The translations under genes and the position numbers were made by a program. Shown in pieces: positions 24,961 through 38,689 of a DNA stretch of 64,000 nucleotides. The notes below the pieces were generated by a model that saw nothing but the letters and a program-made list of their open reading frames with translations, made no database searches and had not been told where the DNA came from. The number at the start of each line of letters is the position of its first letter. Position 1 is the stretch's first letter. Origin of the DNA: Eledone cirrhosa (taxonomy: Eukaryota); the NCBI GenBank assembly GCA_964016885.1, contig OZ024764.1:7440001-7504000 (forward strand), given 5' to 3'.

Positions 24961-25004
24961 TTTAACAATTTGTTTGGTTCATTCTACCACTTTCTCAATT
25001 TTTC

Positions 25005-25168
25005 AGCATTTAAACCGACCATATCCGGCCAGAATTTTCTCACCTCTTTCTGTTCAAACCAACTGTAACTGACCACTCATACTACTAATGTTATGGTATT
25101 GCTCTGAAAATAATTAATATCAAAATCCCAATAGTAAATATAGATTAGTGTGAATGCTAACGGGTTAA
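25005..25168 (+). mobile_element. Short piggyBac-like MITE copy (same family as 61365-62064)
   Basis: agcatttaaaccg.ccatatc.ggccagaatt ... aatgctaacgggTTAA. Confidence 0.6.
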
Positions 25169-25319
25169 ATCTTCTAATTGTGGTCTTTATACTTTTTAAC
25201 GATTTGTCTTCCTCATTCTACCACTTTTTCATTTTGGGTTTGCAGTAAAATTTTCTTTATGGTCCTACAGCAGGAGGTAGGGATTTTGTGGTGTGAACTA
25301 AACTCTGTCTGCTATTCCC

Positions 25320-25910
25320 ATTTGTGTAGCAACATTTATTGCTTCATTGTTGATGCCATTATACACTCTGTAGATGTTTATGATTTCCATTCCAGCCATG
25401 CAGCACTCGGCATCAAACCTATCAAGTGCAAGTCGAAGATCAACAGTCAAGTTGAGTAACAACATGTCGTCTGCAAATTCCAGCTGACTGATTGTACACC
25501 TGCCAGTCGTGATACCACTTCCAACTTGGATGCACACATCAATCCAGTTCATTCAAATACAAGCAGTTGAAATGGGGACCCTCCGAAGGGTTTTTGGAGA
25601 AACATTACTCAATAAAGTGCATAGATTGGAGATCAAAGAGTCACTCGAGTTAGAGCTGCTATTTCTCTGAATTGAGAGATCACGACTCTGGTTAGAATGT
25701 CTCAGGAAAGAATCGCTGGTCAGATTTTAGTAGGAGACCCAAGATAGACCCCGAGCAAGATGGCTGGATAACATCCATGAGCTTGGCTGGTCTCACTTGG
25801 GGGATCCAGCCAGATCAGTTGGAGACAGTTGCTGCTGACAGGACCCACTAGAGGGAGTGTTTGAGGACTCTGACCCCACGACCGTCTCAGGAATAAGTGG
25901 GAGAAGAAAA
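25320..25910. mobile_element. Decayed RTE-like LINE; RT part on the minus strand, 3' part on the plus strand
   Basis: Minus strand: QLEFADDML..LALDRF.AEC..AGMEI. Plus strand: IQAVEMGTLRRVFG.TLLNKV and GRPRARWLDNI. Confidence 0.65.
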
Positions 25911-26281
25911 GAAAAGAAGGTGATCATGATGTTACTGGACAGTAGTGAATCATCTAATTTGAATGTATTCTTGGTTTTATCAGCTCATATAAATAGATTC
26001 CTTGAATGTTTGAAAGGGAGTAGGTGTTCCTTCACCTTTTGTTGAAACTCAGAAGAGTCTTTCTTCACTTCTACTGTACCTGTTACTGAAAATTTAGTCT
26101 TGTCCAATGATCCTGTTAGTGTGCAGTTGAAACTCCAGCCTAACAAAACTCAGAGCTATAATAAATGAATATTTAAACTCTACTTTGATATTGAGTACTC
26201 TTTTCTCTCGTCTGTCAATGACATACAGCTATATATATGCATATATATATATATGCAGCTATATATATGCATATATATATA

Positions 26282-26351
<70 letters not shown>

Positions 26352-26429
26352 TATCAAGACATTTTAGTTTACCATATTTGCCTTTGTTTCTTGGTATTGT
26401 CTTTTTTCTTATTTTATTTGATACTTTCA

Positions 26430-26760
26430 TGGAGGCACATGGCTTAGTGGTTAGAGCATTGGCCTTGCAATCGAAAGGTTATGAGTTCAATTCTCAGATC
26501 GGGTGATGTGTTGTTTCCTTGAGCAAGACACTTTATTTCACATTGCTCCAGTTTACTCAGCTGTAGAAATGAGATAATAGGTCCCCATCATTCCACTACA
26601 AAGTGGTCGTGGAGGTGCTACGGCAGAAAAGCACCAAGCAGTCACTGTAAATGAGGTTAGTGTTAGGAAGGGCATCCAGCTGTAGAAATCAAGCCAGAAT
26701 CAGTTCCTGTCCCACCCTTGCAAGCAAGGAAAAAGTGGACGTAAAATGAAATGAAATGAA
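26430..26760 (+). mobile_element. SINE family B, full length
   Basis: Near-identical to 16588-16932. Confidence 0.9.
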
Positions 26761-26799
26761 ATATATATTTATATATAGTCTTCTATGTCCAGTTGCAGG

Positions 26800-27530
26800 T
26801 GTTTGGTTTATCGAGCTATTGTTGAAAGCAAGAGATTGCCTCAGAGGTTCTGCTCCAAAGTGGGAGAGGTGAGGCTGTATGCAGCTATGGTAGTACTCTA
26901 TCAAGGATCTTTTTGCTGAAAGAACTGATGTCCGAACGTGTGGGGTTGATTAATCGAACCAACGTTTTGTTAAGGAAGTTTCCCTTGTGGTCTTTCAGGA
27001 TAAAGTGTGGGGTCTTTACCCTTAAAGGTTTAGTTCAGTCATCTAGTTTAAGGGAATTTGCAATCTCTTTTCCAAACACTTTGGTCTCAGTCAAAACCAT
27101 CTCATTCACCTTTTTGTAAGTGGTCGTGATCGCATCTTTTGCCAGCTTCTTATAGGTCAGTATGTCCACCTTATAAACGTTTTTGGTTTTATCAGAGGGG
27201 ACATGGAGATTGGGGGAACTTTTAATTTTCTGCATTTCGTCTTATAAATAGGTCTGGAATGGTATGTTGGCTCTATAAAAATGTATGAATTGGGAGAGGT
27301 TTTCTTCAAATGGTTCAAGTAGGCCGTTGGTGGGTGGGTGGTGCCTTATTCGTTTTGAAACCGAACTTATCATTGGTAGATGCTACATCAGAGAGATCGA
27401 AGAAGAAGGCTCTCAATCTAATATGCTTAATGAACTCATCTGTATGTCTGACGAGTGCTTTTAACTATTGTTTCCTTCAGGGTCTTGGGATTTTCTTCAA
27501 GGAGATATCGAGATTGAGTTTGGTCAGCAT
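26800..27530 (-). mobile_element. PLE RT N-terminal fragment
   Basis: SLKKIP.P, FGFKTNKAPP, SDKTKNVYK and PHFILKDHKGNF.N.T.VRLINPTRSD. Confidence 0.8.
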
Positions 27531-27709
27531 GGTTTCTTGGTGATGGTTTAGCACAGTAAAGTGCTAAAAGATAAATTTATCCCAGGTTCAATCAGGGGTA
27601 ACCACAGTAAGTAAGGTACTCAATACAATATATATATATATATATATATAACAGTGCTGATTACTTTATAAAGTAATCAGCACTGTTTTTGCAGTGAGTT
27701 TTACATCAG

Positions 27710-27929
27710 GCCAGTGCTTATGCAGGTTTCCATGGTGTTAACTGACAGAGTACAATACTTCCCCACTAGACAGGGCTCCAGTCCATAGCTGGCTTAAATC
27801 CCAGCTATTGCTGCTGAGTATACTGGAGCAACGTAAAATGAAGAGAACACAACAGACAACCCAGTTCAGGAATCAAACACAACCTTATGATCATAAGTCC
27901 AACACCGTTACCACTAGGCCACACACCCT
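27710..27929 (-). mobile_element. Decayed tRNA-derived SINE
   Basis: Similar to 33640-33892 (tggcctagtggtaa, ttgctccagtatactcagc). Confidence 0.65.
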
Positions 27930-29035
27930 ACAGGTAGACTGGTGTTTATTGGTGCCTCATTGATTCTTCCAGAGTGTGATTCTTTCAGTAACAGGTAGAC
28001 TGGTGTTTATTGGAGACTCACTAGTACTTCAACAGAGTGTGATTCTTTCAGTAACAGGTAGACTGGTGTTTATTGGTGACCTACTAGTACTTCCACAGAG
28101 TGTGATTCTTTCAGTAACAGGTAGACAGGTGTTTATTGGTGACCTACTAGTACTTCCACAGAGTGTGATTCTTTCAGTAACAGGTAGACTGGTGTTTATT
28201 GGAGACTCACTAGTACTTCAACAGAGTGTGATTCTTTCAGTAACAGGTAGACTGGTGTTTATTGGTGACCTACTAGTACTTCCACAGAGTGTGATTCTTT
28301 CAGTAACAGGTAGACAGGTGTTTATTGGTGACCTACTAGTACTTCCACAGAGTGTGATTCTTTCAGTAACAGGTAGACAGGTGTTTATTGGTGACCTACT
28401 AGTACTTCCACAGAGTGTGATTCTTTCAGTAACAGGTAGACAGGTGTTTATTGGTGACTCACTAGTACTTCCACAGAGTGATTCTTTCAGTAACAGGTAG
28501 ACTGGTGTTTATTGGTGACTCACTAGTACTTCCACAGAGAGTGATTCTTTCAGTAACAGGTAGACTGGTGTTTATTGGTGACTCACTAGTACTTCCACAG
28601 AGAGTGATTCTTTCAGTAACAGGTAGACTGGTGTTTATTGGTGACTCACTAGTACTTCCACAGAGAGTGATTCTTTCAGTAACAGGTAGACTGGTGTTTA
28701 TTGGAGACTCACTAGTACTTCCACAGAGAGTGATTCTTTCAGTAACAGGTAGACTGGTGTTTATTGGAGACTCACTAGTACTTCAACAGAGTGTGATTCT
28801 TTCAGTAACAGGCAGACTGGTGTTTATTGGTGACTCACTAGTACTTCAACAGAGTGTGATTCTTTCAGTAACAGGTAGACAGGTGTTTATTGGTGACTCA
28901 CTAGTACTTCCACAGAGAGTGATTCTTTCAGTAACAGGTAGACTGGTGTTTATTGGTGACTCACTAGTACTTCAACAGAGTGTCATTCTTTCACTAACAG
29001 GTAGACTGGTGTTTATTGGTGACTCACTAGTATTA
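27930..29035. repeat. 63-bp tandem array (~17 copies)
   Basis: Unit acaggtagactggtgtttattggtgactcactagtacttccacagagtgtgattctttcagta; 21-aa periodic ORFs. Confidence 0.96.
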
Positions 29036-29068
29036 CTGACTGTTTTAGTAACAGGATGTTAGTATTTA

Positions 29069-29610
29069 TTAGTGTGACACTGTTTCTTTCACTATATGAA
29101 CATTTGTATGTGCAGTGAAGTTCTCTATACAAGAGAATGATTTACCACAGATATCGCAGTGAAAAGGCTTCTCTGCATGAATACATTTGTGTGTAGTTAA
29201 GGTACTTACAAAGAATGATTTACCACAGATATCACAGTGATATGGCTTCTTCCTTGTATGAATACGTTTGTGACTAGTGAGGTGACATTTTTCAGAGACT
29301 GAGGTACCACATATCAAAGTGATATGGCTTCTTTCTTGTATGAATACGTTTGTGAGTAGTTAGGTGACATTTTTGAAAGATTGAGTTACCACAGATGTCA
29401 CGGTGATATGTTTTCTTCCCTGTATGAACACATTTGTATCTAATTAATTTAATATTTTTAGAGAATAATTTACCAGAGGTATCACAGTATGATGGTCTTT
29501 CCATCATACCATCTTTTCAGGAAATAATCTAAGCTTTCAGTTTCTCGCATAAACCATTTCCCTACAATTGTTCTTCAAGTTCAACATATGAATATTTATC
29601 TAGTTTTCAT
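29069..29610 (-). pseudogene. Decayed C2H2 zinc-finger gene (~5 fingers)
   Basis: HKRIHTRKKPYHCDICGKSF repeats with mutated Cys/His residues and frameshifts. Candidate ATG at 29610 and candidate splice acceptor (tttcag) at ~29893. Confidence 0.85.
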
Positions 29611-29989
29611 TTTAAAATATTTCTATTTTTCATAATTTCATCAAATGTGATCTTAGTCAATATCCAAATATTTTAAAGTGTCCTTTGTAAATATCCCAAG
29701 TTTAATCAGAATGTAAAATCATCTTGTAAATATTCCAGACTGGTGAAAAAGGAAAATGTTATTTATCTCAATTCAGAAGAAATATTTCACCAAAATTCAC
29801 CACAGACTTATATAAACAAGTTTATATCACTTGTATGTAACATCTTTCTGTTGTCTTTAAAAGATTCCTTTCTCTCAAGGTCATGTGATATTCTGAAATA
29901 GTAGAGAAACATTATTAAGATATTTAGAAAGTAGAGATAAAACAGTGAAAACTTTACTACATCTCTATATTAATAGATATAAACTTTAC

Positions 29990-30200
29990 ATGGTGACACA
30001 AACACTGCAACACTAACTTACAGGAAACCATCTAGCTACTTGATCTAGTTACTTCAATCAGGTGAAGAGATAAACTAGATTGATTTCATTCTCATCAGAA
30101 AACAGGATAGACAGATGATTGGGAATATTGAGTCCTTTATTGGAGAAGAACGTACCACTCAACATAGACTAGATACTAGTGACATAGGAGTAAGATCTAG
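29990..30200 (+). mobile_element. RTE LINE APE-endonuclease C-terminal fragment
   Basis: IDFILIRKQDR..IGEERTTQHRL..SD matches the RTE QIDYIL..GEEC.TQHRL motif. Confidence 0.7.
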
Positions 30201-33200
30201 AGGGACTGAGAGAGAGGTACAAGACAACCTAGAGAAAAGGGTAGGGATAGTAAAAGATGTCCCTGTTAAATATAAGATCTAGAGGAGCTGTGAGAGAGAT
30301 ACAAGACAACCTAGAGAAAAGGGTAGTAGGGATAGTAAAAGATCTGTTAAATATAAGATCTAGAGGGACTGAGAGGTACAAGACAACCTAGAGAAAAGGG
30401 TAGGGATAGTAAAAGATGTCCCTGTTAAATATAAGATCTAGAGGGACTGTGAGAGAGGTACAAGACAACCTAGAGAAAAGGGTAGTAGGGATAGTAAAAG
30501 ATGTCCCTGTTAAATATAAGATCTAGAGGAACTGAGAGAGAGGTAGAAGACAACCTAGAGAAAAGGGTAGGGATAGTAAAAGATGTCCCTGTTAAATATA
30601 AGATCTAGAGGAGCTGTGAGAGAGATACAAGACAACCTAGAGAAAAGGGTAGTAGGGATAGTAAAAGATCTCCCTGTTAAATATAAGATCTAGAGGGACT
30701 GTGAGTGGTACAAGACAACCTAGAGAAAAGGGTAGGGATAGTAAAAGATGTCCCTGTTAAATATAAGATCTAGAGGAGCTGTGAGAGAGATAGAAGACAA
30801 CCTAGAGAAAAGGGTAGGGATAGTAAAAGATGTCCCTGTTAAATATAAGACCTAGAGGGACTGTGAGAGAGGTACAAGACAACCTAGAGAAAAGGGTAGT
30901 AGGGATAGTAAAAGATGTCCCTGTTAAATATAAGATCTAGAGGGACTGTGAGAGAGATACAAGACAACCTAGAGAAAAGGGTAGTAGGGATAGTAAAAGA
31001 TCTCCCTGTTAAATATAAGATCTAGAGGGACTGAGTGGTACAAGACAACCTAGAGAAAAGGGTAGGGATAGTAAAAGATGTCCCTGTTAAATATAAGATC
31101 TAGAGGAGCTGTGAGAGAGATACAAGACAACCTAGAGAAAAGGGTAGTAGGGATAGTAAAAGATCTGTTAAATATAAGATCTAGAGGGACTGAGAGGTAC
31201 AAGACAACCTAGAGAAAAGGGTAGGGATAGTAAAAGATGTCCCTGTTAAATATAAGATCTAGAGGGACTGTGAGAGAGGTACAAGACAACCTAGAGAAAA
31301 GGGTAGTAGGGATAGTAAAAGATGTCCCTGTTAAATATAAGATCTAGAGGAACTGAGAGAGAGGTAGAAGACAACCTAGAGAAAAGGGTAGGGATAGTAA
31401 AAGATGTCCCTGTTAAATATAAGATCTAGAGGAGCTGTGAGAGAGATACAAGACAACCTAGAGAAAAGGGTAGTAGGGATAGTAAAAGATCTCCCTGTTA
31501 AATATAAGATCTAGAGGGACTGTGAGTGGTACAAGACAACCTAGAGAAAAGGGTAGGGATAGTAAAAGATGTCCCTGTTAAATATAAGATCTAGAGGAGC
31601 TGTGAGAGAGATAGAAGACAACCTAGAGAAAAGGGTAGGGATAGTAAAAGATGTCCCTGTTAAATATAAGACCTAGAGGGACTGTGAGAGAGGTACAAGA
31701 CAACCTAGAGAAAAGGGTAGTAGGGATAGTAAAAGATGTCCCTGTTAAATATAAGATCTAGAGGGACTGTGAGAGAGATACAAGACAACCTAGAGAAAAG
31801 GGTAGTAGGGATAGTAAAAGATCTCCCTGTTAAATATAAGATCTAGAGGGACTGAGTGGTACAAGACAACCTAGAGAAAAGGGTAGGGATAGTAAAAGAT
31901 GTCCCTGTTAAATATAAGATCTAGAGGAGCTGTGAGAGAGATACAAGACAACCTAGAGAAAAGGGTAGTAGGGATAGTAAAAGATCTGTTAAATATAAGA
32001 TCTAGAGGGACTGAGAGGTACAAGACAACCTAGAGAAAAGGGTAGGGATAGTAAAAGATGTCCCTGTTAAATATAAGATCTAGAGGGACTGTGAGAGAGG
32101 TACAAGACAACCTAGAGAAAAGGGTAGTAGGGATAGTAAAAGATGTCCCTGTTAAATATAAGATCTAGAGGAACTGAGAGAGAGGTAGAAGACAACCTAG
32201 AGAAAAGGGTAGGGATAGTAAAAGATGTCCCTGTTAAATATAAGATCTAGAGGAGCTGTGAGAGAGATACAAGACAACCTAGAGAAAAGGGTAGTAGGGA
32301 TAGTAAAAGATCTCCCTGTTAAATATAAGATCTAGAGGGACTGTGAGTGGTACAAGACAACCTAGAGAAAAGGGTAGGGATAGTAAAAGATGTCCCTGTT
32401 AAATATAAGATCTAGAGGAGCTGTGAGAGAGATAGAAGACAACCTAGAGAAAAGGGTAGGGATAGTAAAAGATGTCCCTGTTAAATATAAGACCTAGAGG
32501 GACTGTGAGAGAGGTACAAGACAACCTAGAGAAAAGGGTAGTAGGGATAGTAAAAGATGTCCCTGTTAAATATAAGATCTAGAGGGACTGTGAGAGAGAT
32601 ACAAGACAACCTAGAGAAAAGGGTAGTAGGGATAGTAAAAGATCTCCCTGTTAAATATACGATCTAGAGGGACTGAGTGGTACAAGACAACCTAGAGAAA
32701 AGGGTAGGGATACTAAAAGATGTCCCTGTTAAATATAAGATCTAGAGGGACTGTGAGTGGTACAAGACAACCTAGAGAAAAGGGTAGGGATAGTAAAAGA
32801 TGTCCCTGTTAAATATAAGATCTAGAGGGACTGTGAATGGTACAAGACAACCTAGAGAAAAGGGTAGGGATAGTAAAAGATGTCCCTGTTAAATATAAGA
32901 TCTAGAGGGACTGTGAGAGAGGTACAAGACAACCTAGAGAAAAGGGTAGTAGGGATAGTAAAAGATGTCCCTGTTAAATATAAGATCTAGAGGGACTGTG
33001 AGAGAGGTACAAGACAACCTAGAGAAAAGGGTAGTAGGGATAGTAAAAGATGTCCCTGTTAAATATAAGATCTAGAGGGACTGTGAGTGGTACAAGACAA
33101 CCTAGAGAAAAGGGTAGGGATAGTAAAAGATGTCCCTGTTAAATATAAGATCTAGAGGGACTGTGAGTGGTACAAGACAACCTAGAGAAAAGGGTAGGGA

Positions 33201-33305
33201 TAGTAAAAGATGTCCCTGTTAAATATAAGATCTAGAGGGACTGAGAGAGAGGTAGAAGACAACCTAGAGAAAAGGGTAGGGATAGTAAAAGATGTCCCTG
33301 TTAAA
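30191..33305. repeat. ~82-bp satellite (~38 copies) with an 821-bp higher-order repeat
   Basis: Unit taagatctagagggactgtgagagaggtacaagacaacctagagaaaagggtagggatagtaaaagatgtccctgttaaata. The diagnostic deletion variant gatctgttaa recurs at 30341, 31162 and 31983. Confidence 0.96.
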
Positions 33306-33639
33306 ACTGCATTGTATGGTTTTTAAAATTATCTAAATTTATGAAACCCAAATTTAAATTTTGAAGACCAACACAATGCGTATGGAGAATGTTAAATTGC
33401 TAAGATAAAAGAATCATACCTTAGCAAATTTAACGATCCCAAATTATTCGGGTTTAAAAACTAATTATCAAGGGAGTAACCCTATAAGAGATTTAAGTGA
33501 AATGAAAATTTTTAGTTTTTCATTTCATTTCACTTAAATCTGCTCTCCATACAAATAAGTCAACTCTGATCGATTTTTAAGTCTCTCTTGTGCCTATAGT
33601 AGAAATCATTATCTAAAGTCTATCTTAGACCAGAAGGCT

Positions 33640-34237
33640 CATTTGGCCGGTGCTTATCCCCGTTTCATGGCGTGAAGCGACTGAGAGTACAAGACTTCCC
33701 CCTGGACAGGACGCCAGTCCATCGCAGGGTTAAACCTCCAGCTATTGCTGGTACTCATTTTCAGCTGAGTATACTGGAGCAACGTGAAATGAAGTGTTTT
33801 GCTCAAGAACACAACACGCAGCCCAGGAATCGAACCCACGATGTTATGATCGTAAGTCCAACACCCTTACCACTAGGCCACGTGCCTCCACAGAAATCAT
33901 TTTTTTTTTACATTTTACGTCCGCTTTTTCCCCTGCTTGCAAGGGTGGGACGGGAACGGATTCTAGCTTGATTTCTACAGCTGGATGCCCTTCCTAACAC
34001 CAACCTCATTTACAGTGAGTGCTGGGTGCTTTTTTGCCGTGGCGCCTACATGTCCACTTTGCAGTGGAATGATAGGGATCCCAGTCCTATCATCTCATTT
34101 CTACAGCTGAGTAAACTGGAGCAATGAGAAATAAAGTGTCTTGCTCAAGGAAACAACACATCACCCGGTCTGAGAATTGAACTCACAACCTTTTGATTGC
34201 AAGGCCAATGCTCTAACCACTAAGCCATGTGCCTCCA
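33640..34237 (-). mobile_element. Two adjacent tRNA-derived SINEs (33640-33892; family B at 33900-34237)
   Basis: A and B boxes and the cttgagcaa core on the minus strand; RTE-type tail at ~33905-33950. Confidence 0.85.
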
Positions 34238-34664
34238 TTATAGTGTAGTACTATTATCTTTGGTAAGATAAGATAAGCTCTATGTACATTACAATACTTG
34301 ATTCATCAGGAGTATAAAACAATTAAGTTATTGGCAGTTAAATATCCTGTCGTTAAGGACAGTTCATGTAGCAGAGGATTAAGATTTAATATTAGAAAAA
34401 AATCAAGGTCACAAAATTTCTTCCGTAAATTCGATAGCAACCCGTCAGAGGAAAGAGTCCCACAAGGTATGGGGGGGGGGGGGGGCTGTTGCAGCGTGCG
34501 TCACTGGCTATAATCTGCGGAAATGCCTTTGCCATGTCCACATGGCACAACTCTGACCTAGGTGTAGAACAGAGGTCGGCAACTTCTTGGGCCTCCATGG
34601 GCCAGATAGAGTATTAATGACGGATATGAGACCGGACAAAGGCCATAAAAGAATAATAATGGAA

Positions 34665-35830
34665 AACTAGCAGTGGCACCCGGCGTTGCACGGGATAAGG
34701 TATTTTGGAACGCGGGCCGCCAACAGACCGAATGGTGGGAAAACTGCATGCCTGGACAATATGTAAAGAAAATAAACCAAATACTCTGATGGCTGGATAA
34801 TCTTTAAGATTTTCCTTGATGAAGTAGGAAAAATGCAGGTTTTCACCTAATGCGGGCCTTAGGGGATCAAGAAAATGAAATTTTTTTTATGTGCATAATA
34901 CGCCTTGAAATTTCGGGAAAATCGGCTAGACGGGATGCCTCAAAAAAGCTGAAAAAGTGAAGTTTTTCAGCTAATGCGGGCTCTATGCCATAAAAAAAGT
35001 TGGATTTTCTTTGCTCACGGTATGAAGAAGAGACCGACTAATACATAGTTACAATTTCAAGGAAATTGGTCTGACGTAACGCCTCAAAAAAACCCCCCTA
35101 AAAAGCTGAAAAAAAAACCGCAGCTTTTCGCTTAATGCGGGCCCTAGAGGATCAAAAAGTTGAATTTTTTAATGTGCATAACACTCCCTGAAACATAAGT
35201 AATAAACATGTAAAGTCTGAAAAAAAATCGGTTGGGTACTTCTCGAGTTTTAGGGATTCAAACTCACAGACAGACATCCTCAGTTTTATATATATATAGA
35301 CTAGCAGAAAGCCACCTGATGGGCGGTTTTCTGCTAGTCTATATATCTAAAACAGAGAATGTCTGTCTGTCTGTCAGCTCACTAAAACTTGAGAACCATC
35401 CAACCGATTATTTTCAAACTTTAGACATGTAATACTTATGGTCCTGTGAGTGTTTTGAGCAAAAATTATTTCAAATTTTCAATGCCCGAGGGACCGCATT
35501 AGGCGATTTAACGTTCTCTCTTTATAATTCTTAGTCTTTCTTTTTAGATAGATACATGATATAACGTTGCGCCCTTATAATATCTGTCTGTATGTCTGAC
35601 TGTCTGCATTACGTCATTATGACGCGCTCAGTGTGTGTGTGTGTATATATATATGTATCGTAATGCAGACAGCAAGACATAGCTTTCCTTCCCCTCTTCC
35701 AGCGTCTCTCTCTCTCCCTCCCGCTATCCCCCTCTTGTAGTCTGTCTCTTTCTTTCACTCTCACTCTCTCTCTCTACGCGTCGGACAGACAGACAGAGAA
35801 ATTGCTGGTTATATATTATAAGGAGATTAC
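34665..35830. mobile_element. Non-autonomous Helitron-like elements, back to back
   Basis: actagc..cccggcgttgcacggg (hairpin + CTAG on the minus strand) ... acagacagaca..tttatatatataga. Then the ctagcagaaagcc..ggttttctgctag palindrome (35301-35337), followed by tctatatatctaaaa..tgtctgtctgtc. Confidence 0.6.
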
Positions 35831-35994
35831 ACAAGCTAAAATGTAATCATGAGTGTTGCCTATACTTTAAAATAATTTGTATTGACGGAGTGAAGGCAAT
35901 ACACGGACTGAGACAATTGTACCTTCAAGGCAGTCTTTTTATGTCCGTCAGCAGGTGTGCTGGTGATTGGGTTGAAATGTTTTGGAATTGTATT

Positions 35995-37750
35995 GTTGGT
36001 GAATTGGCAGAATCGGTAGAGGGTAAGACGCCACGTTTTGCAGCATAGAGTTACGGCCCTTTATGATCTGAGTTCAAATCCCACCGAGGTTCACTTTGCC
36101 GTTCATCCTTACGAGATCGATTAAAATAAAGTACCGGTCACGTACTGGGTCGATTTAATCGACCCCCCCTCCCTCCAATTACTGGCCTTGTGCCTATACT
36201 AGAAATCATAAGAGGGGTGGGTTGGCAATATCGGTAGAGGGTCGGACGCCATGCTTTGCAGCATAGAGTTACGGCCCTTTATGATCTGAGTTCAGATTCA
36301 GCCAAGGTTAACGTTGCATTTCACCCTTAAAGGGTCAATAAAATAAAATACCAGTCACGTACTGGGGTCGATATAATCGACTTTCCCCTCCCCCAAAATT
36401 GCTGGCCCTGTGCCTATATAAGAAACCGTTATTTGGCAGTATCGGTGGAGGGTCGGAGACCATGCATTGCAGCAAGAGTTACCTCCCTTTATGATCTGAA
36501 TTCAAATCTTGCCGAAGTTAACTTTGCTTTTCATCCTTACTGAGGGGGGGGGGGGGGGGGGGGCGATAAAATAAAGTACCAGTAATACACTAAGATAATT
36601 GCTGGCCTTGTGCCAAAAGTAGAAACAATTATTATTATTATTATTTGGCAGTATCGGTAGAGAGTCGGACGCCATGCTTTCCAGCATAGTTACGTCCCTT
36701 TACGATCTGAGTTCAAATCCCGCCGAGGTTGACTTTGCCTTTCATCCTTACGGGGTCGATAAAATAAAGTACCAGTAATGCACTGGGTTATTGCTGGCCT
36801 TGTGCCTAAAGTAGAAACAATTATTATTATTATTAGGGCGGTGGATTGGCCGTATTTTGTAAAGGGTCGGACGCCATGCTTTGCAGCATAGTTACGTCCC
36901 TTTACGGTCCGAGGTCAAATCCCGCCGAGGTTAACTTCGCCTTTCATCCTTACGAGGTCGATAGAATAAAGTACCAGTAATACACCGAGATAATTGCTGG
37001 CCTTGTGTCAAAAGTAGAAACAATTATTATTATTATAACTTTTGTGGTATGTGAGCGGAAATGATGTGCGCATCCCTAAGTACGCGAAGAATTTTTAATT
37101 GTTTTTCCTATGAAAGTATTTACAACCTGTTGATGGTGGACATTAGTGAATCAGATGATTTGTGGAGGAATGTAACAGCAGACCTTTTATTATATTTATC
37201 GGTAGAGGGTCGGACGCCATGCTTTCCAGCATAGTTACGGCCCTTTACGATCTGAGTTCAAATCCCACCGAGGTTGACTTTGCCTTTCATCCTTACGGAG
37301 TCGATAAAATAAAGTACCAGTAATGTACTGGGGTAATTGCTGGCCTTGTGCCCAAAGTAGAAACAATTATATTCAAAAGTCTCGTCTCACATATTACAAT
37401 AAATCTAAATTTCAAATAAACAACTCATCGGGCATCAGTTCTCGCAAGCCGGCACAAGGCCAGCAATTATGCCAGAGTATTACTGGTACTTTATTTTATC
37501 GACCGGCGTAAGGATGAAAGGCAAAGTTAACCTCGGCGGGATTTGAACTCAGAACGTAAAGAGCCAGAACTCTATGCTGTAAAGGATGGTGTGTGACGCT
37601 CTAGCGATACTGCCAATTCACCGCCCAGACTTTTAATAATTGTTTCTACGTTAGGCACAAGGCCAGCAATCACCCAGTGCATTACTGGTACTTTAATAAT
37701 TGTTTCTACTTTTGGCACAGGGCCAGCAATTACCCAGTGCATTACAATAT
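35995..37750. mobile_element. Cluster of ~8 family A SINEs, mostly head-to-tail
   Basis: Repeated tggcagtatcggtagagggtcggacgccatgc..gttcaaatcc..gcctttcatcc..agaaacaattatt. Plus strand to ~37370, minus strand at 37450-37745. Confidence 0.9.
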
Positions 37751-38689
37751 AATATAGATAGATATAGTTATTCATTAGAAATTAGATATCTATATACAAT
37801 TTATACATCGTAATTTAGATAATCTATATACAATTTATACATCGTAATTTAGATAATCTAGAATAAAGTTGTTTATTTGTGTTGTTGTTAAAATCTGTTT
37901 AATTTGAGATATTTGAGACAATATACTGGACAATGGAATATCAATGTCTGACTTGCAACAACTAAAGTTTTCATTTTAATTAAAGGCGGGTTAATTACAC
38001 ATGATCACCATAACTTTTTATATTTCCAATAATGAAAGAAATACGAAAATATATTTGTGATGTGAGAAGTGAGAAGTTTTAACATAAATCTACAATATTT
38101 GTAGACATAATACTTACATTATTTCATAGAAATACCAGTAATGTACTGCGTAATTTGATGGCCTGGTGACAAAAGTATAAACAATTATTTCAGAGAAATG
38201 CCGCCAAGGTTGACTTAGCCTTTCATCCTTACGGGGGGTCGATAAAATAAAGTACCAGTAATACACTGAGTTATGCTGGCCTTGTGCCTAAAGTAGAAAC
38301 AATTATTTCATAGTTTCAGGTCTTTAAACCAACAGCGACATTTTTTTCGTGATGTTTCGTTGAAAGACAATCACTTTCTGAGCAGACGGACGTGGGAAGG
38401 GGGGGGGGGGACTATCTACTGCGCATGTATCTGAGGAAAGAACACTCCTTTTCCTTCTTTCAATGGATTCCATTTTGCAACGTGGCTCATAGCTTTCTTT
38501 CCACGTCACCCTATCTACTCTGGGAAGTTCAAATACGGTGTTTTCCCCATATATAACACAAGTCATATCAATTTTACTTTTAAAATGGCGCTACTGTTTA
38601 TAACCTAAAACTATCGTTATACTGTTGTCAAAAATAAATAAAAGATATATATTATACAGGGTGGTCACTACTATATATTATTTTAATAA

